From positions 504,154-568,153 of the forward strand of contig JACKIK010000003.1 in NCBI GenBank assembly GCA_020638455.1: a stretch of DNA of 64,000 nucleotides, read 5' to 3'. The notes beneath the pieces were generated by a model. It had not been told where the DNA came from, searched no databases, and was given only the letters and a program-made list of their open reading frames with translations. The stretch comes from Hyphomonas sp. (GTDB taxonomy: Bacteria > Pseudomonadota > Alphaproteobacteria > Caulobacterales > Hyphomonadaceae). Below, in pieces: positions 57,400-64,000 of this stretch; position 1 is the first letter of the stretch; each line of letters starts with the position of its first letter. The translations under genes and the position numbers were made by a program.

Positions 57400-58461
57400 A
57401 TGTCGTCTTTCACGAAGCTTCCTTCCGGCAACTGGCGGGCTCAGGTCCGCCGCAAGGGGCGGTATGTCTCTCAGTCATTCCGGCGCCGCAAGGACGCCGA
57501 GGAATGGGCCCTCAAAATGGAGCGCCGGGTGGACCGCGGGGAGAGCGTCTCCGCGCGCCGCCCGGACGATATAAACACGATTGCTGACCTCGTCGATCTC
57601 CACATTGCCGACATGCTCGACATGCGCAAACGCCTCCGCCGGTCCAAAGCCTATTCGCTGAACAAGCTAAGAGACGACATCGGCCACCTGCGATTCAACC
57701 AGCTCGACCGCGAGCGCATTATCGAGTTCGCAAAGAGACGCCGTGACGAGGGCGCTGGCCCGGTCACCATCGCGATGGATGTCTCCTATTTGAAAACCAT
57801 CATGCTCCATGCCTCAGCCGTGCATGGCGTGCAGCTCGACATCGACCAGGTCAACCTCGCCCGCGTCGCCCTTTCCCGCCTGGGCATGATCGGCAAAGGC
57901 CGCGAGCGGAACCGTAGGCCGACACAGGAAGAGCTCGATCTGTTGATCGACTATTTCGAGGCCAATGATCGCCAGAAGTCGCCGATGGCCCGCATCGTCA
58001 AGTTTGCGGTCGCGACAGCCATGCGCCAGTCAGAGATCTGCTCGATCGAATGGTCCGATGTCGATGAGCGCAAGCACACTGTGCTCGTGAGGGACCGGAA
58101 AGATCCTCGCAACAAGGACGGCAACGACCAACGCGTGCCACTCGTCGACCTGACCGGCTACGATGCCTGGCAGCTCCTGCAGGAGCAGCGAACAAACCGC
58201 AAGTCCAAAGGCCGCATTTTCCCCTACAATTCCCGCTCGGTGGGAGCAGCCTTTCGCAGGGCCTGCCAGGAACTGGAGATTGAAGACCTGCACTTCCACG
58301 ATCTGCGCCACGAAGGCACAAGCCGCCTCTTCGAAGCTGGGCTGCAGATCGAGCAAGTCGCCCTAGTGACCGGCCACAAGGACTGGAAAATGCTGAAGCG
58401 CTACACTCACCTGAGTGCGGATATGATCGTGAACTTCGCGAGAATGAATCAAAGAGTGTGA
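57400..58461 (+). CDS. Tyrosine recombinase, dusA-associated integrase type
   Basis: N-terminal GNWRAQVRRKG arm-binding region; AMRQSEI, HFHDLRHEG.SRLFE.G, VTGHKDWKML.RY catalytic residues. Confidence 0.95.
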   Translation: MSSFTKLPSGNWRAQVRRKGRYVSQSFRRRKDAEEWALKMERRVDRGESVSARRPDDINTIADLVDLHIADMLDMRKRLRRSKAYSLNKLRDDIGHLRFNQLDRERIIEFAKRRRDEGAGPVTIAMDVSYLKTIMLHASAVHGVQLDIDQVNLARVALSRLGMIGKGRERNRRPTQEELDLLIDYFEANDRQKSPMARIVKFAVATAMRQSEICSIEWSDVDERKHTVLVRDRKDPRNKDGNDQRVPLVDLTGYDAWQLLQEQRTNRKSKGRIFPYNSRSVGAAFRRACQELEIEDLHFHDLRHEGTSRLFEAGLQIEQVALVTGHKDWKMLKRYTHLSADMIVNFARMNQRV

Positions 58462-58603
58462 ACGCCGAAGCTTGATGTGCGGCCTCAGCCAATCCGAATG
58501 TCCAACGGCAATACTCAGAATTGATGGAAGCTCCACTTCCCGTTCAACAGACCGGTGCAATCTAATCAATTGACCGATCGGCATTCCAAAAAGCCGGAAG
58601 GGG

Positions 58604-58632
58604 TTGACGATTGGATGAGATGCGTCTATTTC
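58604..58632 (+). promoter_or_regulatory. Putative sigma70 promoter of the cargo operon
   Basis: TTGACG, 17-bp spacer, TATTTC, about 30 bp before ATG 58662. Confidence 0.5.
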
Positions 58633-58661
58633 ACTTTTTATTCGTGAGAATGGTGAGCTTT

Positions 58662-59234
58662 ATGAAGATCGATATGAAAGCCCTTGGAAACGACACCGTG
58701 TTGGCCGGGGCCGTTACTGGCAAGGCAGTTTTCGTCAAAGTGATTGCGGAGACGGCGATCGAACCGACAGAGCCGACGGCGTTAATAATGGACTTCGACG
58801 ACGTCCAGATAGCGACTGCCAGCTTTCTTCGTGAAACCGTTTTCGCGGCTAAGACTTACATGCGGGCACGGCAATCTGCCTTTTATCCGGTGGTTGCCAA
58901 TCTGAACGCCGAGATTCGCGATGAACTCGCGGTGCTGACCGAGGCGCTGAATGACGCGATCATCTCGTGCGAGATTTCCTCCTCAGGAGTGCTTTCAAAC
59001 GTTCAACTCTTCGGCAAACTCGATCCGAAGCAGCAGATTACTTTCGACTACATCGTCGAAAATCGCGTCGCGGACGCGAACACGTTGAAAGAGCAGCTTG
59101 GCGATACTGACAAAGCCAAGAACACGAATGCCTGGAACAACAGACTTGCGAGTCTCGTCGCCCGCGGCGTGATCAAGGAGTTCTCACGCGGCCGAGCAAA
59201 ATTCTACAAGCCAATTCTCGATGAGGCGGTGTGA
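58662..59234 (+). CDS. STAS-like (DUF4325-type) domain fused to C-terminal winged HTH
   Basis: LIMDFDDVQIATASFLRE (STAS-like strand-loop-helix with Ser); NAWNNRLASLVARGVIKEFSRGRAKFY (wHTH-like). Confidence 0.65.
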   Translation: MKIDMKALGNDTVLAGAVTGKAVFVKVIAETAIEPTEPTALIMDFDDVQIATASFLRETVFAAKTYMRARQSAFYPVVANLNAEIRDELAVLTEALNDAIISCEISSSGVLSNVQLFGKLDPKQQITFDYIVENRVADANTLKEQLGDTDKAKNTNAWNNRLASLVARGVIKEFSRGRAKFYKPILDEAV

Positions 59235-59581
59235 TGGGTGCTGAGTTTCTGGATAAGCGGAACAAGGGTTACACAAAGCATATTGATCGCAAGCGCGCGG
59301 CGCTGGCAACTAGCGATTTGTTCACGCAAGAGCCGAACGATCAGCCTCGCCGCGTTATAGCCAAGATCAGGCGCGGCGCCAGCCTCGCTATAGGCGATAA
59401 ACTCATTATCGAGAAGAACGGCGCGGGTCTGATTGGATGCCAGGGTAACAGCGTGGTGGCCGAGATTGAGAACGCCTCCCCCACGATCTCTGACGCCGTT
59501 TCGAAATCGAGCGGCGTCGCCACCGGCACAGTCGAGAAGGTAAATGCAATTTCAGGAACGGCAGAGGTATCGATCAAATGA
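59231..59581 (+). CDS. Hypothetical protein (basic N-terminal helix + small beta domain)
   Basis: Overlaps both neighbours (GTGATG and ATGA junctions); no family recognised with confidence. Confidence 0.7.
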   Translation: MMGAEFLDKRNKGYTKHIDRKRAALATSDLFTQEPNDQPRRVIAKIRRGASLAIGDKLIIEKNGAGLIGCQGNSVVAEIENASPTISDAVSKSSGVATGTVEKVNAISGTAEVSIK

Positions 59582-60723
59582 GCCAGTTGCAGCCAGACCT
59601 GCGGAGCGACCGATTGATTGCGCGAAAACTGTCCGACAGCCCAGGAAGCTTTCCAATGGCGCTTGGTTGCCCGTCCTGCCGCCATTTCGATATCTGTGGC
59701 GGTCTCAGCATCGAGGAAGGCGTTCTCGATTGCCTCGCCTTCTGTTGCGGGAAACCGGAGTCCTGCTCGTTGGTTTGCCGGAAAAAGGCTGAATTGTTCG
59801 CACAACAAGTTCGTGAGATCGATGGCTTCGAATTCTGCAATGTCGCACGAACGCCAGCCATTGCGTTCAATTTCAACGACGATATTGTCCCTCTGATCTA
59901 CCATGGCAGCAGCCGGGCGACCGCGCTTTCACACGATGTCATGGCGCTACGCCTCCCTGACCTGATTGACTTCCGGACCAAATCACCTCGTTTCGAATCC
60001 AAGGCCGCGCTTTGCCAGGCGTTCCGCATCGACGAGGCGGCAACGCTCATTTTGACAGGCGTTGATCAGGATCACCGCATCGAGCCGTGGTGGGCACTTG
60101 GGGAAAAGCGCCTCGGCATCATTGAACGCCTACGCCAGATCGGCGTTGCACTGGTGACGGCACCCAATTTTAGCGTCTTTCTCGATCATCCCCGCACGGA
60201 TGACCTTCATGCGATGAAGCGGATTGCGCTGGTATTCGCCGAGTTCCAATTGGGCGGCATCGCCTGCGCGCTTCATGCCCATGGAAGGACGGAACGCGAC
60301 TTCAGCCGGTGGGCGTACTTCATTCACGAGCGGCCGGAGATTCAGATCCTGTCGTATGAATTCATCACTGGACCTGCCACGAAGACCCGACGCCAGTTTC
60401 ATCTCGAACAGCTGGCGATGATCGCGAAGATGGCTGACCGAGATCTGGACATTATCATCCGCGGCAAGCCCGATGTCATTCCATTTCTGAGGCAGCACTT
60501 TCGGCGAGTAATTTACATCGAATCCGGAACTTTCGTGAAAACCATCAATCGGCAGCGCGCAGAGCGGCTCGGAAACCGCGATCTCGCCTGGGCAACAATG
60601 CCGACTGATCCGGGCGCGCCCATCGATGCTTTGTTTCAACACAATGCGCGCGAGCGGATAGCCTATCTTCGCAACAGGTTCTACGCGGACCCCGAACCCG
60701 ACCCCGTGTCGAGAGCGGCGTGA
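59578..60723 (+). CDS. DUF4417-like protein with Cys-rich N-terminal metal-binding region
   Basis: Eight Cys between residues 31 and 67; D.RIE.WW and VTAPNFSVFLDHP...HAMKR resemble DUF4417 motifs. Confidence 0.62.
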   Translation: MSQLQPDLRSDRLIARKLSDSPGSFPMALGCPSCRHFDICGGLSIEEGVLDCLAFCCGKPESCSLVCRKKAELFAQQVREIDGFEFCNVARTPAIAFNFNDDIVPLIYHGSSRATALSHDVMALRLPDLIDFRTKSPRFESKAALCQAFRIDEAATLILTGVDQDHRIEPWWALGEKRLGIIERLRQIGVALVTAPNFSVFLDHPRTDDLHAMKRIALVFAEFQLGGIACALHAHGRTERDFSRWAYFIHERPEIQILSYEFITGPATKTRRQFHLEQLAMIAKMADRDLDIIIRGKPDVIPFLRQHFRRVIYIESGTFVKTINRQRAERLGNRDLAWATMPTDPGAPIDALFQHNARERIAYLRNRFYADPEPDPVSRAA

Positions 60724-61526
60724 GGTGCTTCATCGACGCGCTTACTTACGACATTGCGGACGATATTGCACTTGCGCTCGAAAGTGGCGCGGCTGCAATC
60801 GTCGATCTTCCCGAGTTCTATGTCTACGATGTGTCGCCGGCGTTGGAGCTGGTCCATTGCAGACCTGAGGTCGCATCATCGTTCAACGGGCCCCGCGGAT
60901 GGCTCGATATCCAGGCCGCAGAAGCGCTGCTCGTCGCCAGCATGGGCAATTTGAATGCCTTTGTCTCCACTGATGGTCGGCAAGGCATGATTTCTGTTGC
61001 GGAGATCAACCGAAACGCCACCGCATGGACCGATTTTGCTGTCAAGCTTAAGGCCGCCGCGGGAGAAGCTGGATTTTCCTCTGACCACGGCGGAAAGCTG
61101 CTTGCGGCAGTCAGAGAGTTCTCCAGCAACGTCATCGAGCACAGCGAGAAAATTGAAACCGGACAGGTGCTCTTCGCGGCGCAGCCGGGACGATTCGAGT
61201 TTGTGGTTCGCGATCGCGGTATTGGCGTGTTGGAGAGCCTGAGAAAGAATCCGAAATTCGCGAAACTGAATGATGCCGGTTCCGCGATTGAGCTTGCGCT
61301 TCAAGAAGGCGTTTCGCGCCACGTTGAAGAGCCAGGACATGGCTTTGGATTTCGGCCGGTTTTTGTCGGCCTCGCCAATGTCAGTGAATACATCCGGTTC
61401 CGCTCCGGCGATCATTGTCGGGAGTATTTTCAAAAGCCGGGCGGGTCAATTGACGCCCATACCAAGCAGTCGAGCCGGCTGAACGGCTTTTGTTGCACCG
61501 TCATCTGCACGCCAAACAGCGTTTAG
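60720..61526 (+). CDS. GHKL ATPase / RsbW-SpoIIAB-like Ser kinase
   Basis: N-box REFSSNVIEHS, G1 VRDRGIGV, ALQEGVSR, G2 GHGFG; no His-phosphoacceptor box; GTGA overlap. Confidence 0.78.
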   Translation: MRCFIDALTYDIADDIALALESGAAAIVDLPEFYVYDVSPALELVHCRPEVASSFNGPRGWLDIQAAEALLVASMGNLNAFVSTDGRQGMISVAEINRNATAWTDFAVKLKAAAGEAGFSSDHGGKLLAAVREFSSNVIEHSEKIETGQVLFAAQPGRFEFVVRDRGIGVLESLRKNPKFAKLNDAGSAIELALQEGVSRHVEEPGHGFGFRPVFVGLANVSEYIRFRSGDHCREYFQKPGGSIDAHTKQSSRLNGFCCTVICTPNSV

Positions 61527-61564
61527 AATTTGGCGTCACATTCAAAGAGAGGTGAATCGCAGGA

Positions 61565-62698
61565 ATGTTCATCGAACGAAAACTGAATAAGGCGACCGGC
61601 GCCGTCGAACTCTGGTACTGCGAATGGAAGAACGCATCAGGGAAAGACGCGCAAAAGGTTTGGGTCGAAAAAGTCTGTGATGAACAAGCGGCGAAGCAGG
61701 ACGCTGCAAAAGTCCGGACCGAGGCTGCGGCGATATGTTGGGCGTATGGACGAACGCTTGGAAACATCGCCGTAAACTCAACGGATATGCTGGGTCACTT
61801 TCCGGCCAAGAGCGGTGCTGACGCGGAGTTGCCGTGCGATTTCGTAGACGCCGGAAAGTTCCGCAATGGCCAACCGCGGGTCTGGTGTCGCACGCATCAG
61901 ACGCATTGGGGAACGAGGGCCGATTTTGCATCGAGGGAACAACTGAGTGTGATGCGGTGCGCAAATCACGGTCAGCGGATGAACTATGTCGTGTCACCTT
62001 ACTGTGTGAATGTCGATGAGCACGAAGAAGTTGGGGTCTGGTGTTCCATGCCGGCCGCGATCTCCACCGAAGAAATCGCCCCTCGACCTCCGAAAATCCA
62101 TGTGCATGTGCGGGAGAACGCCGGCGCCAAAAAGGTGATCGACAGGGACTTCCACGCCATTTCCATTCAATATGGATCAAGCATGGACCTGTTTGGTGCG
62201 AACGATATCAGCCTCGTGAACGTCACTCCGCCTGCGGCGTTTGATTTCGTCTGCGGGCTGGAACTTGAGAAAGACATGGACTGCATCAATTGCAGCCATT
62301 GCGGCTATCCGCATCTGGACCTAGGCGACTTCGCCCAGACGCCGCACCGAAAGCATTTCTGTGGGAATTGCGGTCGCGACAGCACTTGGAGCAAGAAGCC
62401 TATCGTCTCAACACCATTGAAGCCCTTGCATGACACTTTCGCGAAAACCCTGAAATACGTCACTCCGGACCGTTCGCTGAACCTCGACGACTATGCCGGC
62501 TGTTCCTACACAATTTGGGCCTCCACACCAGCGATTGTCTGGACCGCCGCTCGCGAACAGGAATTTGGAATTCATGTGCATATCCACAGCGGCACTCACA
62601 GGGTGGTCGACGATACCTTCGGCGAGGTGATACTCAACGGTAAAATATTGGATCGGTCTGAACTGGTCGCGTTGATGATGAAGCGGACGATTGTGTAA
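61565..62698 (+). CDS. Cys/His-rich hypothetical protein, probably zinc-binding
   Basis: 377-aa ORF with RBS; WCRTH, IHVH twice, CSHCGYPHLD...HRKHFCGNCG. Confidence 0.72.
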   Translation: MFIERKLNKATGAVELWYCEWKNASGKDAQKVWVEKVCDEQAAKQDAAKVRTEAAAICWAYGRTLGNIAVNSTDMLGHFPAKSGADAELPCDFVDAGKFRNGQPRVWCRTHQTHWGTRADFASREQLSVMRCANHGQRMNYVVSPYCVNVDEHEEVGVWCSMPAAISTEEIAPRPPKIHVHVRENAGAKKVIDRDFHAISIQYGSSMDLFGANDISLVNVTPPAAFDFVCGLELEKDMDCINCSHCGYPHLDLGDFAQTPHRKHFCGNCGRDSTWSKKPIVSTPLKPLHDTFAKTLKYVTPDRSLNLDDYAGCSYTIWASTPAIVWTAAREQEFGIHVHIHSGTHRVVDDTFGEVILNGKILDRSELVALMMKRTIV

Positions 62699-62866
62699 AG
62701 CAGCAGAAAGTCCTATGGGGGGCGTATGGTCTCTTGATCGACAACTCGCACGCTTTTGGCTTAGTTCGAAGGCGCATCCTGCGTCTCGGCGTCGCGAAAA
62801 TACCAAATGCCTCCAGCTTTGCGAGGAATATGGTTGTCTTGCCCAGAGCCCACCACGGTCGTGAGT

Positions 62867-63298
62867 TCAATTTGATCCGCGGCCATGCTTCTCGTCCGCA
62901 CCACATCTGAGGCGATCAACCGTAGTCCCCTCCCCTGAAACCCTTCTGGCTACTTGTGCAACGAAATAGTCAAACCTTCGCTGACCGAGCGCATGCGCCG
63001 CGTCCCGCTCTCCTTCAGGGATCGGATCTGTTCTCGTGAGCCAGTAAAAGACATACTGCGCGAGGGTCTCCATGATCAGCGCAATATCACGCTCGATCGC
63101 CCCCTGCCGCTCATCAAACGCATCCATGCGCGCCAACAAGCGCGCCTCAAGACCTTTGTCCTCCTGAGGCAACAAGAACTGCTGAAGGGCCGCCTCGAGA
63201 ATGGCCGTCTTGGTAACGCCCGGGCGCTCGGCCGCGGCACACAGCGCATCGTTCAGCTTCGGGGACAGCCGCAGATTGGCACGTGGTTTCACCATCAT
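62867..63298 (-). CDS. CopG/ribbon-helix-helix protein of conjugative elements
   Basis: RANLRL...GVTKTAILEAALQQFL; ETLAQYVFYWLT...A.ALGQRRF..F; directly downstream of traG. Confidence 0.85.
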   Translation of the reverse strand: MMVKPRANLRLSPKLNDALCAAAERPGVTKTAILEAALQQFLLPQEDKGLEARLLARMDAFDERQGAIERDIALIMETLAQYVFYWLTRTDPIPEGERDAAHALGQRRFDYFVAQVARRVSGEGTTVDRLRCGADEKHGRGSN

Positions 63299-64000
63299 CA
63301 GAAATCCGGCAACATGTCTTGGTCACCGCGATCCATGGCAACAGCACGTCGGATTACATCGAGTTGGTTCGCATCCGCTGGTTCCTGCCCGTCTTCGAGT
63401 TCCTGGTTGAGTTCTGGAACCTCCTCGGGAACTACGTCCAACAGAGGCGGCACCAATTCGGGCTGGACTTGCGGTCCGCCTGTATCACTCCCTTGTCCTT
63501 CCGACCGCGTAGGATCCATGGAACGCATCGCATTGCCTTCTGGCCAATTGTTCTGTCTGGATGTCAGTACGGCCTCAAGGGCTGCCGCCGGCAAAACCCG
63601 CTCCTTGAAATTCCGGTCTTTGTAGTAGCGAAGCTTCCTCGCCCGAACCGGCGGAGAACCCGACACCATGACGATTTCATCTTCCGGCGCCAGCTGCATC
63701 ACTTCGCCAGGTGTGATCAGCGGCCGGCTCGTCTCCTGCCGCGACACCATCATGTGCGCGAGCCATGGCGCGAGGCGGTGACCCGCATAGTTCTTCTGTG
63801 CCCGGAGTTCCGTCGCCGTGCCCAAAGCCTCCGAAATCCGTTTCGCGGTCCGTTCGTCATTCGTCGCGAACGCAACACGCACATGGCAATTGTCGAGAAT
63901 GGAATTGTTGGGCCCGTAGGCCTTTTCGATCTGATTGAGGGATTGGGCAATCAGATAAGCCCGCATCCCATAGCCGGCGATAAAGGCAAGCGATTGCTCG
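63298..64000 (-). CDS. traG: Type IV coupling protein TraG/VirD4 (5' part outside window)
   Basis: LAFIAGYG.RAYLIAQSLNQIEKAYG.NNSILDNCHVRV.FATNDERTAKRISEALGTATE, RPLITPGEVMQL. Confidence 0.93.
   Translation of the reverse strand, partial: EQSLAFIAGYGMRAYLIAQSLNQIEKAYGPNNSILDNCHVRVAFATNDERTAKRISEALGTATELRAQKNYAGHRLAPWLAHMMVSRQETSRPLITPGEVMQLAPEDEIVMVSGSPPVRARKLRYYKDRNFKERVLPAAALEAVLTSRQNNWPEGNAMRSMDPTRSEGQGSDTGGPQVQPELVPPLLDVVPEEVPELNQELEDGQEPADANQLDVIRRAVAMDRGDQDMLPDF

Larger units (their letters stand above)
57240..64000. mobile_element. dusA-integrated genomic island (ICE/IME-like), extending beyond the window
   Basis: Integrase divergent from the dusA 5' end, abrupt AT-rich junction, lower-GC cargo, CopG + TraG backbone genes; left boundary approximate. 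Confidence 0.88.

Noticed and set aside
62634-62906. Short minus-strand ORF containing GKTT, considered as a trbB remnant
   Set aside because: The context (WALGKTTIF) is not a Walker A loop and nothing else resembles TrbB.

Overview
A high-GC alphaproteobacterial chromosome window. Gene content and order suggest Hyphomonadaceae/Caulobacterales; this is inferred, not proven. Positions 1-57.2 kb are mostly core genes: rpsU, grxC-comF, argJ, secA, murB, ddl-ftsQ-ftsA-ftsZ-lpxC-bamD, ligA-recN, prmA, amt, pgeF-prs, ampG, a ShkA-like kinase, comM and dusA. Small accessory genes are interspersed, including a TonB-dependent receptor, a GH75-like lipoprotein, a BlaI/BlaR1-M23-TonB pair and a BacNav-type channel. 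From about 57.25 kb to the window end lies a genomic island inserted in the 5' end of dusA. It carries a tyrosine integrase, a lower-GC cargo operon, and the CopG/TraG end of a conjugative backbone. The cargo is the strongest candidate for an undescribed system: four translationally coupled genes (STAS-like+wHTH, small beta protein, Cys-rich DUF4417-like protein, RsbW/SpoIIAB-like GHKL ATPase/kinase) followed by a Cys/His-rich protein. Several regulatory sites are readable directly: two LexA boxes, a BlaI operator with a second near-copy at the TonB receptor, CtrA-like sites and a PhaR-like palindrome. No rRNA, tRNA or CRISPR array was seen. Family assignments come from motif recognition by eye, not database searches.
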